Below are positions 18,022 to 29,189 of a DNA stretch of 64,000 bases, piece by piece. Position 1 is the first letter of the stretch. Each line of letters starts with the position of its first letter. Origin of the DNA: Candidatus Bathyarchaeota archaeon (GTDB lineage: Archaea; Thermoproteota; Bathyarchaeia; Bathyarchaeales; Bathycorpusculaceae); the NCBI GenBank assembly GCA_963777155.1, contig CAVZPM010000001.1, positions 172,481 to 236,480 of the forward strand, read 5' to 3'. The notes under the pieces were generated by a model. It saw only the letters and a list, made by a program, of their open reading frames with translations, was not told where the DNA came from and ran no database searches. A program made the translations under genes and the position numbers.

Positions 18022-19839
18022 ATGCAGGGATGGACAGGTTTTTTCCTAAAAGTAGATTTAACCAAAAGCCAAGCTTCAGCCGAACCCTACAGTGAAGATT
18101 TGGCGTTGAATTTTTTGGGCGGCAGAGGCTTTGCAATCAAAATTCTCTGGGACACCCTCAAACAGGGAACCGATCCCTTATCGCCCGAAAACAAACTAAT
18201 CTTCGCCACTGGACCACTAACGGGTATCGGGTTGCCCAACAGCGGCAAACTCGTTATCGCCTCAAAAAGCCCTTTAACCGGCGGATATGGCGACGGCAAC
18301 TCGGGGTCATGGGCAGCCGTTAACATGCGCAAAGCCGGCTACGACGCCCTTGTCATTGAAGGCAAAGCATCCAAACCCGTCACTCTTCACATCAAAGACC
18401 GAACGTGGGAGTTTCTGGACGCGTCCGACCTGTGGGGCAAAAGTACCTTTGAAGTCGACGATCAACTTCGAAAGAAATACTCTAAATTAGCTGGCATCCT
18501 TTCCATAGGTCCAGCCGGAGAGAACCTTGTCAGGTTCGCAACTGTTGTTTCCCAGAAGGGACGTTCAGGCGGACGCCCTGGAATGGGCGCGGTCATGGGC
18601 TCAAAAAACCTCAAAGCTATCGTGGTTGAAGGCACCCAACCTATACCTTTAGCGTACCCTGATGAAATGAAGCGGCTGGCAATAGACGGTTACAAGGAGC
18701 TTTTAACTAAACCCGTCTATCAATTCTGGAAAAGACAAGGCACCATGTCAACCGTCGAGTGGTGTCAAGAAAACAGTTGTCTTCCAACATTCAATTACAA
18801 GCAAGGCGTTTTTGACAAAGCCGAGGGCATAAGCGGTTTTACAATGGAGAAAATGAAGGTTTCCAACCGTGGATGCCCGCAGTGCAACATGACATGCGGC
18901 AATGTTGTTAAGGACAGCGAGGGCAAAGATTCTGAGTTGGACTATGAGAACGTAGTTATGCTTGGCTCAAACATAGGACTGGGAAACCTTGCGCAAGTAG
19001 CTACATTAAACCGCTTGGCAGACGAATTTAGCTTTGACGCTATCTCTCTTGGTAGCGTGATCGGGTTTGCAATGGAAGCCTCTGAGAAAGGACTAATTCC
19101 AGAGAAAATTGGCTGGGGTGACTTTGAAGCGATTAAAGCTTTGATCAGCGATATTGCTTACCGGCGTGGTTTAGGGGCTGTTTTAGCTGACGGTGTCCGA
19201 GCTGCATCCGTAACTATCGGCAAAGGGTCGAGTGATTGGGCGATGCACGTTAAAGGCTTAGAAGTCTCTGCCTACGACTGTCACATTGCTCCAGGCATGG
19301 CTTTAGCTTACGGCACAAGTTCCATTGGCGCCCACCACAAAGACGCCTGGATCATCACTTGGGAACAAAAAGCTGGCAGAGAAAAATACGACGAAGCAAA
19401 AGTGGATCATCTCATTAAAACGCAGCTCTTGCGCGGCGGCGCATTTGAGGCTTTGACTGTTTGCCGCTTTCCCAACGGCTCATTGGGATTTGAGCTTGAA
19501 TGGTACCACAAGTACCTGCGGGCATCAACTGGAAAGAACTTTTCGATTGAGCAACTAAACCAGATTGGCGACCGAATACTCAATCTAATCCGCGCTTTCT
19601 GGGTACGGGAATACGGAGACAAGTGGAGTCGGGATTTAGATGTTCCGCCTATGCGTTGGTTCAAAGAGCCTTTAACCGATGGTCCCCTGAAGGGCGCAGT
19701 GCTTGACTGGGAAAAATACAACTCAATGCTTGACATTTATTATCAGAAGCGCGGCTGGGATAAGAATGGGGTTCCAAAAAAAGAAACCTTGGAAGGGTTG
19801 GGGTTAGCTGACGTGACAAGCCAGCTTAAGCTGAGCTAA
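18022..19839 (+). CDS. Tungsten aldehyde:ferredoxin oxidoreductase family protein
   Basis: LGGRG, KSPLTGG, IGPAGEN, GRPGMGAVMGSKNLKA, CPQCNMTC, DYE, YYQKRGWD. Confidence 0.93.
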   Translation: MQGWTGFFLKVDLTKSQASAEPYSEDLALNFLGGRGFAIKILWDTLKQGTDPLSPENKLIFATGPLTGIGLPNSGKLVIASKSPLTGGYGDGNSGSWAAVNMRKAGYDALVIEGKASKPVTLHIKDRTWEFLDASDLWGKSTFEVDDQLRKKYSKLAGILSIGPAGENLVRFATVVSQKGRSGGRPGMGAVMGSKNLKAIVVEGTQPIPLAYPDEMKRLAIDGYKELLTKPVYQFWKRQGTMSTVEWCQENSCLPTFNYKQGVFDKAEGISGFTMEKMKVSNRGCPQCNMTCGNVVKDSEGKDSELDYENVVMLGSNIGLGNLAQVATLNRLADEFSFDAISLGSVIGFAMEASEKGLIPEKIGWGDFEAIKALISDIAYRRGLGAVLADGVRAASVTIGKGSSDWAMHVKGLEVSAYDCHIAPGMALAYGTSSIGAHHKDAWIITWEQKAGREKYDEAKVDHLIKTQLLRGGAFEALTVCRFPNGSLGFELEWYHKYLRASTGKNFSIEQLNQIGDRILNLIRAFWVREYGDKWSRDLDVPPMRWFKEPLTDGPLKGAVLDWEKYNSMLDIYYQKRGWDKNGVPKKETLEGLGLADVTSQLKLS

Positions 19840-19851
19840 GAGGCACTTAGT

Positions 19852-21315
19852 TTAGTATGACCTTGCGAAATACGCTGTTTCCTTGGCTTTCTCTCCACAG
19901 ACGATGCAGTTGGTTGTCGGTTGCTCAACTTGGAATGGTCGAACCCGGATGGTTGCGCCTGTTTCATCTTTTACTTTTGCCTCGCAGTCTGGGCTACCGC
20001 ACCACGCTGCCTTGACGAATCCACCCTTTTCCTCTAGCACTTTTTTGAATTCCTCATAGTTTTGGACGGCAGTGGTTTTTTCTTGGAGGATGGCTTTAGC
20101 TTTGGCAAGCAAGTTATCCTGTATTTCCTCCAGTAGCTTTTCGACTGTTGCTGGAATGTCGTCCACTTTAACTGGTGTTTTCAAGCCTGTGTCGCGTCGA
20201 ACCATCACAACTTGTTCTTGTTTGAGGTCGCGTGGGCCGAGTTCTATGCGGATGGGGATGCCTTTGAGTTCCCACTGGTGGAATTTCCAGCCTGGAGTGT
20301 ACTCGTTGCGGTCATCTAAGATTACGCTGATGCCTTTGGCTTTGAGGGTCTCCGCGATTTGCTTGGTTTTTGCTGCGATAGCTTCAGCTTCTTGACCCTT
20401 GAATGGAATTGGAACGATAACAACTTGTGTTGGCGCAACTTTGGGCGGCATAATCAAGCCTTTGTCGTCACCGTGAACCATAATCATAGCGCCGATAAGT
20501 CGGGTGGTGATGCCCCAGCTGGTCTGCCAAACAAAGTGGTCTTGTTTGTCTTCACCGATGAATTTTACATCGAATACTTTAGCGAAGTGTTGGCCGAGGT
20601 TGTGGCTGGTTCCCATCTGTAGGGCTTTTCCGTCAGGCATGATAGATTCGAGCGCTGTGGTGTAGAGGGCGCCTGCAAACTTTTCGCTGTCACTTTTGGT
20701 ACCGGTGACCACTGGGATCGCCAAGTAGTTTTCAACTACCTCTTTGTACATGTTCAGCGCCCACATTACTTCGGTCTCCGCTTCCTCAGCGGTAGCGTGT
20801 GCTGTGTGGCCTTCTTGCCAGAGGAACTCTCGTGTACGCAAAAACAGCTTCGTTGCCTTGGTTTCCCATCTAACTATGTTACACCATTGATTGATTTTCA
20901 GTGGCAAATCTCGCCAGCTTCGTATCCACTTGCTAAACATAGCATACATTATGGTTTCGCTGGTCGGTCGAACCGCCAGCTTCTCTTCCAGAGGGGTATC
21001 TCCTCCCTGAGTAATCCAGGCAACTTCTGGAGTGAATCCAGCAAAGTGTTCGGCTTCTTTTTTGAGGAATGCTTCTGGGATGAACATGGGGAAGTAAACA
21101 TTTTGGTGCCCGGTGGCTTTGATTTTTTGGTTAACAACTTCTTGGATTTTCTCCCAAACTGCGTAGGCGTCGGGGCGAATAATCATGCAACCTTTAACAG
21201 GTGCGTAATCTGCAAGTTCAGCTTTCAGGACAACTTCAACGTACCATTCGCTGAAGTCTTGACATTTCTTGACTGTTATTCCAGTATCTGACATTAGGAC
21301 TCTCTTCTTTTCCAT
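19852..21315 (-). CDS. proS: Prolyl-tRNA synthetase (archaeal/eukaryotic type)
   Basis: RPTSET, FLRTREFLWQEGHT, GTSHNLGQ, QTSWG, C-terminal FARSY. Confidence 0.97.
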   Translation of the reverse strand: MEKKRVLMSDTGITVKKCQDFSEWYVEVVLKAELADYAPVKGCMIIRPDAYAVWEKIQEVVNQKIKATGHQNVYFPMFIPEAFLKKEAEHFAGFTPEVAWITQGGDTPLEEKLAVRPTSETIMYAMFSKWIRSWRDLPLKINQWCNIVRWETKATKLFLRTREFLWQEGHTAHATAEEAETEVMWALNMYKEVVENYLAIPVVTGTKSDSEKFAGALYTTALESIMPDGKALQMGTSHNLGQHFAKVFDVKFIGEDKQDHFVWQTSWGITTRLIGAMIMVHGDDKGLIMPPKVAPTQVVIVPIPFKGQEAEAIAAKTKQIAETLKAKGISVILDDRNEYTPGWKFHQWELKGIPIRIELGPRDLKQEQVVMVRRDTGLKTPVKVDDIPATVEKLLEEIQDNLLAKAKAILQEKTTAVQNYEEFKKVLEEKGGFVKAAWCGSPDCEAKVKDETGATIRVRPFQVEQPTTNCIVCGEKAKETAYFARSY

Positions 21316-21545
21316 TTCTATGCGTGCAGAATATAAAACAGTAACGGGGCTGATTATGAAGAAAGCCTTTTGATGACAAACAATACAACGTTTCAGCGAA
21401 AGCAATCCTTGGTTTTTTGTTGCTAACTTGGCGTTTTTACTGTTTAGCTGTTGAGTTTTGGGTTTTGCTTTTATAGGAAAGGTTTTTAGTGTAGTTATTA
21501 TATGAGACAGTGAAAAAGTGTATAGTGTAAAATGAGGTTAACATT

Positions 21546-22274
21546 ATGTCTGTATTTGCAGCACCAGGAGCATATGACCGTGCCATTACCGTTTTCTCGC
21601 CTGATGGACGACTATTCCAAGTAGAATACGCGATGGAACTTGTGAACCGCGGAGCCACCATTATAGGCATCCAATCCACTGAAGGATTAGTTCTCGGTTC
21701 AGAAGAAAACATCGAGGTCCTTGAAGAAGCAGGTTACTCATGGAAAATCTTCCGAGTAGACGACCACATTGGCGCAGCCATAGTTGGTTTAAGTTCAGAT
21801 GCCAGAATCCTAATTGACCAAGCAAGAATCTACGCTCAAAGCAACAAACTAACCTACGACGAACCCATAGACGTAGAAGTCGTAACCAAACGCATATGCG
21901 ACATCCAACAAATGTACACCCAACACGCAGGTGTCCGACCCTTCGGAGTCTCCATAATCTTCGGCGGAGTCGACAAAACAGGCACACGCGTCTTTGGAAC
22001 ACACCCAAGCGGAACCTACAGAGGCTACAAAGCAACAGCACTTGGCGCAGGAAGAGAAACAGTTCTTGGTATCCTAAAAGAAGAATACAAAGAAGACCTA
22101 ACCCTCGACGCCAGCATAAAACTTACAGTTAAATGCTTAGTAAAAGCTCTTGAAGCACGCCAGCTGCCACCAAGAATTAAAATCGCAATCATCCCAGCTG
22201 CAACACAAAAAATGGAAATGTTAAACGACAACACAGTGGAAGGTTACATCAAAGAGCTGGGTTCAAGCAAGTGA
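21546..22274 (+). CDS. psmA: Proteasome alpha subunit
   Basis: YDRAITVFSPDGRLFQVEYA; RPFGVS. Confidence 0.97.
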   Translation: MSVFAAPGAYDRAITVFSPDGRLFQVEYAMELVNRGATIIGIQSTEGLVLGSEENIEVLEEAGYSWKIFRVDDHIGAAIVGLSSDARILIDQARIYAQSNKLTYDEPIDVEVVTKRICDIQQMYTQHAGVRPFGVSIIFGGVDKTGTRVFGTHPSGTYRGYKATALGAGRETVLGILKEEYKEDLTLDASIKLTVKCLVKALEARQLPPRIKIAIIPAATQKMEMLNDNTVEGYIKELGSSK

Positions 22275-22281
22275 AAAACTA

Positions 22282-22971
22282 ATGAGCGAAAAGTTCACCG
22301 TCGCACGCCTAACAAGAGAAAATGAACATTTTGAAATATTAGTTAAGCCCCAAAAAGCGCTCGACTACCGAAACGGCAAAATCGCGGGGATAACCGAGGT
22401 TTTAGCCGCTGAAATGATTTTCGCTGACGCCAACAAAGGCACCAAAGTTTCTGAAGAAGCTATGAAAAAAGCCTTCAAAACATGTGACCCCTTAAAGATT
22501 GCAGATGAAATCCTAAAAAAAGGAACTCTTCAACTAACAACCGACCAAAGACGCAAAATGGTCGAAGACAAAAAAAGACAAGTAATAGACTTCATTTCTC
22601 ACCAAGCAGTGGATCCAAAAACGAATCTGCCACATCCACCTGCACGCATCGAAAACGCGATGGATCAGATTCACTACCCAATTGATCCATACAAGCCAGT
22701 TGAGGAACAAGCCAAAGACATAGTCAAACTGCTCAGGCCGATTTTGCCGCTGAAGATTGAGCAGGTGAAAGTTGCAGTGAAAATCCCCACACAACACGCA
22801 GCCAGGGCATACGGCACAATCAAAACGTTAGGCACTATTAAACGGGAAGAATGGCGCGGTGACGGCTCATGGTACGGCGAACTTGAATTACCCGCAGGAT
22901 CATACGCTTCGCTGATAAACAAACTTGGTGACGCAACCAAGGGAACAGGAGAAGCAAAAATAATCTCATAG
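22282..22971 (+). CDS. Ribosome maturation factor SBDS/Sdo1
   Basis: HFEILV, GTLQLT..QRR, DPKTNLPHPPARIE. Confidence 0.95.
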   Translation: MSEKFTVARLTRENEHFEILVKPQKALDYRNGKIAGITEVLAAEMIFADANKGTKVSEEAMKKAFKTCDPLKIADEILKKGTLQLTTDQRRKMVEDKKRQVIDFISHQAVDPKTNLPHPPARIENAMDQIHYPIDPYKPVEEQAKDIVKLLRPILPLKIEQVKVAVKIPTQHAARAYGTIKTLGTIKREEWRGDGSWYGELELPAGSYASLINKLGDATKGTGEAKIIS

Positions 22972-22998
22972 TAATGGAAAAAAATGATAGGTGATTTT

Positions 22999-23709
22999 AT
23001 GCCAACATTCTTTGAAAAAAAACAGCTTGTTACGCCCGGAGAATTACTCGCTGAAGGCGACTACCTCCCTGGCGAAAACACGTATGTGGAAGCAGGCAAG
23101 ATTTTTGCCTCAAGGATTGGACTCGTAGATAGTGACAATAAGAAAGTAAACGTTGTTGCACTAAGAGCCTTTTATGTGCCAAAAATGGGTGATATTATAA
23201 TTGGAACAGTCACTGAAGTTGGATTCAACGGCTGGACCGTCAACATTAAAGCACCCTACACAGCAATGCTTCGTGCATCAGACGTGCTAGCAAGACCCTT
23301 TAAACCTCAAAACGACGAGTTATCGCAAGTCTTAACCGCTGGCGACTTAATCGTTGCCAAAATCGCATCCTTCGACAGAGCACACGACCCACAATTAACA
23401 GTCGGCGAACCGGGACTCGGAAAAATTACACGCGGTCAAATCCTACATGTAACACCAACAAAGATACCCCGCATAATCGGAAGAAAAGGTTCGATGATTT
23501 CGATGATAAAACAGGAAACTAACTGCCAAATAATCCTTGGACTTAACGGCGTCATCTTGGTCACGGGAAAAGCTCTGGAAGACGAGGAACTTGCCATATT
23601 TGTAATTAGAAAAATAGAGGAAGAATCCCATACAAGCGGTCTTACAGATCGCATAACACAGTTGCTAAAAGAAAAGAAACAAGTTAAAGTGGAGGAAAAA
23701 GTAGAATGA
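22999..23709 (+). CDS. rrp4: Exosome RNA-binding protein Rrp4
   Basis: VTPGE, S1 domain, [19 protein letters not shown]. Confidence 0.95.
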   Translation: MPTFFEKKQLVTPGELLAEGDYLPGENTYVEAGKIFASRIGLVDSDNKKVNVVALRAFYVPKMGDIIIGTVTEVGFNGWTVNIKAPYTAMLRASDVLARPFKPQNDELSQVLTAGDLIVAKIASFDRAHDPQLTVGEPGLGKITRGQILHVTPTKIPRIIGRKGSMISMIKQETNCQIILGLNGVILVTGKALEDEELAIFVIRKIEEESHTSGLTDRITQLLKEKKQVKVEEKVE

Positions 23710-24440
23710 ATGAAAAACAAGAGAAATTAATCGACAAGAAAGGCATTCGATTAGACGGCAGAAAAGCCGACGAACTTCGCCCTGTAAAACTTCAAGTAGG
23801 CGTACTCGGAAACGCTGATGGATCAGCCTACATTGAACACGGAAAAAACAAGATTTTAGCCGCAGCATTCGGCCCAAGAGAAGTGCATCCAAAACACCTA
23901 ATGCAAGCTGACCGGATGGTCTTAAAAGTCCGCTATCACATGGCACCCTTCTCTGTACAAGAAAGAAAATCTCCCGCACCCTCAAGAAGAGAAGTTGAAC
24001 TCTCAAAAGTCATAAAAGAATCTCTAGAACCAGCACTATTCCTCGAACTCTATCCACGAACAGGAGTTGACGTTTTTATTGAGGTCTTGCAAGCTGACGG
24101 AGGAACAAGGTGTGCAGCCATTACCGCAGCCGCATTAGCCATCGCAGACGCAGGTGTTCCAATGCGCGACTTAGTTGTAGGATGCGCAGCAGGAAAAGTC
24201 GACGACACAGTAGTCCTTGACTTATACGATGCAGAAGACAAACTCGGCGCCGCAGATGTTCCAGTAGCTTACATGCCAAGCTTAAACGCGATTACCCTGC
24301 TACAAATGGACGGCATTTTGGATCCTGAAGAATTCGAAAAAGCCGTGAACATGGCGATGGAAGGATGCAAGAAAATCTATGAAATGCAAAAGGAAGCATT
24401 AAAGACTAAATACATGGTTGTAAAAGAGGTTGAAGAATAA
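23706..24440 (+). CDS. rrp41: Exosome subunit Rrp41
   Basis: [28 protein letters not shown]. Confidence 0.96.
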   Translation: MNEKQEKLIDKKGIRLDGRKADELRPVKLQVGVLGNADGSAYIEHGKNKILAAAFGPREVHPKHLMQADRMVLKVRYHMAPFSVQERKSPAPSRREVELSKVIKESLEPALFLELYPRTGVDVFIEVLQADGGTRCAAITAAALAIADAGVPMRDLVVGCAAGKVDDTVVLDLYDAEDKLGAADVPVAYMPSLNAITLLQMDGILDPEEFEKAVNMAMEGCKKIYEMQKEALKTKYMVVKEVEE

Positions 24441-25231
24441 TGTCATCACTTGTAACTAAAGTTAGATTGAAGCAAATTGAACAACTCATAGAGAAAGGCA
24501 AACGTCTAGATGACAGAGGCTTACTCGACACCCGCGAAATCAAAATCGAACAAGGCGTAATCGAGAAAGCTGAAGGCTCCGCAAGAGTCTTTCTGGGCAA
24601 AACCCAAGTTCTCGTCGGCGTAAAAGTCGAAACAGGAGAACCATTCCCAGACACACCAAACGAAGGTGTCCTAACAGTAAACGCAGAACTCGTTCCCGTT
24701 GCTTCACCCAACTTTGAACCAGGACCACCAGACGAAAACAGCATCGAATTAGCCCGCGTAGTAGACAGAGGCATCAGAGAATCAAAATGCATCGACAACG
24801 AAAAACTATGCATTGAACCCGGCAAAAAAGTATTCGTTGTCTTCGTTGACGTGTACATACTAAACCACGATGGAAACCTAATTGACGCAGCAGCATTAGC
24901 AGCTATGGCTGCACTGATGAACACCAAAATGCCCAACTTCGAAATCAAAGACGGCGAACTAAAAATCAAACAAGGATACACACCACTACCAGTAAAGGGT
25001 CACCCAATAACAGTCACCACCGGCAAAATAAGCGGCCACCTAATTTCAGACCCAACGGCAGAAGAAGAACAAGTCATGGACTCACGCATAACCTTCGCAA
25101 CTAAAGAAGACGGAAAAATATGTGCCATTCAGAAAGGCGGCTCAGGCTATTTCTCACCACAACAGATTTTAGAAGCCTCAAAGATTGCTCTGGACAAAGC
25201 AGCAGAACTGCGCAAGAAACTTGATTGGTGA
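24440..25231 (+). CDS. rrp42: Exosome subunit Rrp42
   Basis: KAEGSA, FEPGPPDE, ELARVVDRGIRES, HDGNLIDA. Confidence 0.96.
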   Translation: MSSLVTKVRLKQIEQLIEKGKRLDDRGLLDTREIKIEQGVIEKAEGSARVFLGKTQVLVGVKVETGEPFPDTPNEGVLTVNAELVPVASPNFEPGPPDENSIELARVVDRGIRESKCIDNEKLCIEPGKKVFVVFVDVYILNHDGNLIDAAALAAMAALMNTKMPNFEIKDGELKIKQGYTPLPVKGHPITVTTGKISGHLISDPTAEEEQVMDSRITFATKEDGKICAIQKGGSGYFSPQQILEASKIALDKAAELRKKLDW

Positions 25232-25236
25232 AAAAG

Positions 25237-25557
25237 TTGCCTAAGATGAAGAAAGTTGGTCCAACACGAGGGTTAGGAGTACGGTACGGTTCAACAGTTA
25301 GGAAACGCTATATGAAAGTGATCACTGAGCTCAGAAAACCCCATAGATGTCCACAATGCGGCTTTATCCGCGTTAAACGCGAAAGCGTCGGCATCTGGAA
25401 ATGCAGCAAATGCGATTTCACATTTGCAGGCGGAGCATACACACCAGTAACCAAGCTAGGTGTTGTGGCCAAACGTGCAGCTAAAGGTGCACCAGTTGAA
25501 GAAACCACCAAAGCTGTAGAAGCAGTTGAATCGGCAACTGAAGAAGAAACCGAATAA
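25237..25557 (+). CDS. rpl37ae: 50S ribosomal protein L37Ae (eL43)
   Basis: GVRYGST, CPQCG, GIWKCSKC, FAGGAYTP. Confidence 0.95.
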   Translation: MPKMKKVGPTRGLGVRYGSTVRKRYMKVITELRKPHRCPQCGFIRVKRESVGIWKCSKCDFTFAGGAYTPVTKLGVVAKRAAKGAPVEETTKAVEAVESATEEETE

Positions 25558-25634
25558 ACCTTCTTTTCTTTTTGTTCAATTTTCATTTTCTCTTTATTAC
25601 TTAGAATAACTGTTTTAGCTTAAGGAATATCTCA

Positions 25635-25892
25635 ATGTCAACCAGCGCTAAAGCTGAAATACGCTTAAAACTCGCAAATCAAAAACAAGTCAAAACACTC
25701 CTAGACGCGTTAACTCCTGAAGCCAACGCACCAGTAACAAGGCGAGCCAACATCAAACTCCAAAAAGACGGCTTATTTCTTGTCTTAGTAGTTGAGGCTA
25801 AAGACACTGTTGCCCTGCGAGCAACATTAAACGCTTATCTGAGATGGATAAACTCAACAGTCAATGTTATGCAATTTGTTGAAGACGCCTAA
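25635..25892 (+). CDS. pcc1: KEOPS complex subunit Pcc1
   Basis: AL.PE..AKDTVALRATLNAYLRWI. Confidence 0.88.
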   Translation: MSTSAKAEIRLKLANQKQVKTLLDALTPEANAPVTRRANIKLQKDGLFLVLVVEAKDTVALRATLNAYLRWINSTVNVMQFVEDA

Positions 25893-26039
25893 TTTGCTAT
25901 GATACTTCTGTGCATAGTTTTACCAGATTATTTTTAGGTTAATAGAGAATGGTCGTAGAAACTATGGGGGCAGTATTAGGGTTTTCTAAACTATGAGTGC
26001 CTTCAAAAATTTCTGTTTTGGTGAGTTGCCAATCGGAGT

Positions 26040-26294
26040 CTATTTGTATTTTACTTTAAAAAATAGAATCATCACGGCTTGGACAAAAGCTAAAGAGTTC
26101 GCGATAATTATTGGAAAATCGTTAACCAAAACCCCGTAGATAAACCATAGGAACACTCCAGCACAGAATAAAGAGAACATTCCTGTGGAGATGTCTTTGG
26201 TTGATTTTGTTTTGTAAACTTTGATTAACTGAGGGAGAAGCGAGACTGTGGTGAATAGGGCAGCAATTAATCCTATCCCTGTTATAGCGTCCAT
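26040..26294 (-). CDS. SemiSWEET/PQ-loop transporter
   Basis: TTVSLLPQLIKVYKTKSTKDIS, WFIYG, PIIIAN; 3 TM helices. Confidence 0.9.
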   Translation of the reverse strand: MDAITGIGLIAALFTTVSLLPQLIKVYKTKSTKDISTGMFSLFCAGVFLWFIYGVLVNDFPIIIANSLAFVQAVMILFFKVKYK

Positions 26295-26478
26295 GAAGAC
26301 TTTTCTTGCGTTACGAATGGTATTTAGTTTTCGATTGACAAAGCAATATTCATATGAACATCGCAATAATCATTGTTTTGCATTAACGGATGATGGTTCT
26401 TTTTGGAAAGGAAGGTTTAAATAAATACCGTCATATTTCGTATATGCTTTAAGTTAAAAAAACGGATGAAAATTTAGC

Positions 26479-26970
26479 ATGTCACAGCAGGAATATCGCT
26501 ATATACTTCGTATCATGGGTACAGACGTTCAAGGTACCTTAAAGACGTCTTACGCCGTAGCGCAAATCAAAGGCGTAAGCGCAGCTCTCTCAAACGCCAT
26601 CCTCAGGAAGGCAGGCGTAAACCCTGACCTACGAGTTGGCTTTATCACAGAGTCAGACATCTCAAAAATAGAGGATGTTATAAAGGACCCAGTAAAATAT
26701 GGTATACCCAGCTGGATGTTTAATCGTCGAAAAGACTCAGACTCCGGAAAAGACGGTCACGTTTTAAGCGCTGACCTTGCATTCAAGATAAAAACTGACA
26801 TTGACGGAGCCAAAGAAATCAGGTCTTGGCGTGGATACCGTCATGCTTACAGCCTGAAAGTTCGTGGTCAAAGAACCAAAACCACTGGAAGAGCAGGCAA
26901 AGCTTTGGGAGTTAAGAAGAAGACTCTGATGCAGAAGCCAGGTGGAGCACCAGCTGAAGGAGGCAAATAA
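26479..26970 (+). CDS. rps13: 30S ribosomal protein S13
   Basis: [31 protein letters not shown]. Confidence 0.97.
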   Translation: MSQQEYRYILRIMGTDVQGTLKTSYAVAQIKGVSAALSNAILRKAGVNPDLRVGFITESDISKIEDVIKDPVKYGIPSWMFNRRKDSDSGKDGHVLSADLAFKIKTDIDGAKEIRSWRGYRHAYSLKVRGQRTKTTGRAGKALGVKKKTLMQKPGGAPAEGGK

Positions 26971-26972
26971 GT

Positions 26973-27560
26973 ATGGGAGATCCAAAGAAGCAACGTAAGA
27001 AATTTGATACTCCACGTTTCCGTTGGCGTAAAGATGTTCTCCAAGAAGAACTGAAACTTCTGGGGCAATTTGGCTTAAGAAACAAACATGAACTTTGGCG
27101 CCACAAGACTGCTCTGTCCAAAAACAGAAGCATCGCCCGTTCACTCATCAGCAAATCCACTGAAGAAAGAACAAAGATGGAAAGCGAACTGCTGGCCCAA
27201 CTTAAAAAGAAGGGTATTCTGCAAGAGACAGCAGTGTTGGACAACGTATTAGACTTAACTATTGAAGACATATTGGAACGAAGACTCCAAACATTCGTTT
27301 TCCGAAAAGGCTTAGCAAGAACAGTCTTCCAATCACGCCAGCTAATTACACACGGGCACATAACTATCGATGGCCGCCGAGTAACAATCCCCGGCTATAT
27401 AGTTCTAAAAGAGGATGAAGCAAAAATAGTGTACTCACCAGAAAGTGCAATCGCAACTCCAGAACACACATTACGCGTTGGATTAACAGTGGTCGCTAAA
27501 CAAGTCGAAGCTAGACCACCTCAAAGAGGCCGCAGAGGCGGACGAGGCGGCAGATTTTGA
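26973..27560 (+). CDS. rps4: 30S ribosomal protein S4
   Basis: [30 protein letters not shown]. Confidence 0.97.
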   Translation: MGDPKKQRKKFDTPRFRWRKDVLQEELKLLGQFGLRNKHELWRHKTALSKNRSIARSLISKSTEERTKMESELLAQLKKKGILQETAVLDNVLDLTIEDILERRLQTFVFRKGLARTVFQSRQLITHGHITIDGRRVTIPGYIVLKEDEAKIVYSPESAIATPEHTLRVGLTVVAKQVEARPPQRGRRGGRGGRF

Positions 27561-27964
27561 GCGCTCCCAACAATAAACGCAACGAGAAGTGGGCAATCGT
27601 CCACATCTTCAGCTCTTACAACAATACCTTAATCCATATAACTGACATTTCAGGCGCAGAAACAATCGCCCGTACAACCGGCGGAATGTTCGTTAAAGCT
27701 GACCGCATGGAATCTTCACCATACGCAGCCATGCGAGCATCAACTGGAGCAGCCGAAATCGCACGCGACAAAGGAATAACAGCAATACACATTAAAGTCA
27801 GAGCTCCAGGCGGCGCAGGACCAAGAACACCTGGACCAGGCGCACAAGCAGCCATCCGAGCATTAGCCAGATTCGGCTTCCGCATTGAACGCATCGAAGA
27901 AGTCACGCCAATCCCACATGACGGAACAAGAAGACCCGGCGGAAGAAGAGGCAGAAGAGTCTAA
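27557..27964 (+). CDS. rps11: 30S ribosomal protein S11
   Basis: [36 protein letters not shown]. Confidence 0.97.
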   Translation: MSAPNNKRNEKWAIVHIFSSYNNTLIHITDISGAETIARTTGGMFVKADRMESSPYAAMRASTGAAEIARDKGITAIHIKVRAPGGAGPRTPGPGAQAAIRALARFGFRIERIEEVTPIPHDGTRRPGGRRGRRV

Positions 27965-28014
27965 TCTGCAATAATCTCCCTTTATTGAAAGTAACTTATT
28001 GGAGTGTCTAGCAA

Positions 28015-28830
28015 GTGAAAATAGAAGTCCTTGAGAAAAACGATACAAACCTTAGCATAGTCGTCAGAGATGCCGACGTGCCCCTAATGAACGCTCTACG
28101 ACGTCTAGCACTTGCTGAAGTTCCCTGCATGGCAATCGAAGAAGTCGTCATGATAGAAAACAGCTCAATTCTCCAAGACGAAATCATCGCGCACCGACTT
28201 GGACTCACACCGTTAAGGACCGATTTAGACGCCTACAGTCTTCCTGAAGAATGCGAATGTAAAAGCGAGTTCGGTTGTTCTCAATGCCGCGTTACATTGA
28301 CTCTTGACGCAGAAGCAAGGGACGGTACAAGAACCGTTTACTCAGGAGAAATCGTGTCTGAAAACGAAGAAATTGTTCCAGTTTCCGATAAAATTCCAAT
28401 AATAAAGCTGGCAAAAAACCAGAAGTTAAAGCTTGAAGCATACGCACGACTCGGCAGAGGCAAAACCCATGCAAAATGGCAGCCAGTATCCATGTGCGCA
28501 TACAAGTACTACCCAAAAATCACTACCCCAACCGGCAAATGTGAAGGATGCCAAAAATGCGTTGACATCTGCCCCAAAAAAGTTTACGTTATCAAGGACG
28601 AAAAAGTCGATGTCCGCGACCTGTTAGCATGTAACCTCTGCATGGACTGCGTTCATGCTTGCCCGCAGAAACCCTCGCCTCTGCAGGTGGAATGGGAAAA
28701 GAACACTTTCATAATGAACATAGAGTCTACAGGTGCGCTTCCTCCAGAACGTGTCTTAAAAGAAGCCACTAAACTGTTAGGTAAGCAACTAGACGAGTTT
28801 GAAGAATTAGTAAAGGCTGAAATAAAATGA
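28015..28830 (+). CDS. rpoD: RNA polymerase subunit D (Rpo3) with ferredoxin-like insert
   Basis: NALRR..EVPCMAI, DEIIAHRLGL, HAKWQP; CEGCQKCVDICP and CNLCMDCVHACP. Confidence 0.96.
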   Translation: MKIEVLEKNDTNLSIVVRDADVPLMNALRRLALAEVPCMAIEEVVMIENSSILQDEIIAHRLGLTPLRTDLDAYSLPEECECKSEFGCSQCRVTLTLDAEARDGTRTVYSGEIVSENEEIVPVSDKIPIIKLAKNQKLKLEAYARLGRGKTHAKWQPVSMCAYKYYPKITTPTGKCEGCQKCVDICPKKVYVIKDEKVDVRDLLACNLCMDCVHACPQKPSPLQVEWEKNTFIMNIESTGALPPERVLKEATKLLGKQLDEFEELVKAEIK

Positions 28831-29189
28831 GAGAAACCAAAACTACAAACCCCCAATTAATCGCTCTTATAGGTCTTCTAAAGAAAGAAAGCAGAGAAAA
28901 ACAAGCAGCCATCTGGCTAGACGTCGCTGACCACCTAGCCAAGTCACGAACTCAACGCGTCGCCGTTAACCTAAGTCAGTTGAATAGGCACACAAAAAAA
29001 GCCGACGTAGTGGTTGTTCCAGGCAAAATCTTGGGTACAGGCACCATTGATCACGCTTTAACAGTTGCTTCCTTTGACATTTCTCAATCCGCCAAGGCAA
29101 AGCTTGAGGCTGTCAAAGCAAAACACATAACAATTCCAGAGCTGATGGAGAAAAACCCCAAAGGCTCAAACGTAAAAATTATTCGGTGA
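28827..29189 (+). CDS. rpl18e: 50S ribosomal protein L18e
   Basis: TNPQL, VNLSQLNR, VVPGKILGTG, NPKGSNVKII. Confidence 0.96.
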   Translation: MRETKTTNPQLIALIGLLKKESREKQAAIWLDVADHLAKSRTQRVAVNLSQLNRHTKKADVVVVPGKILGTGTIDHALTVASFDISQSAKAKLEAVKAKHITIPELMEKNPKGSNVKIIR

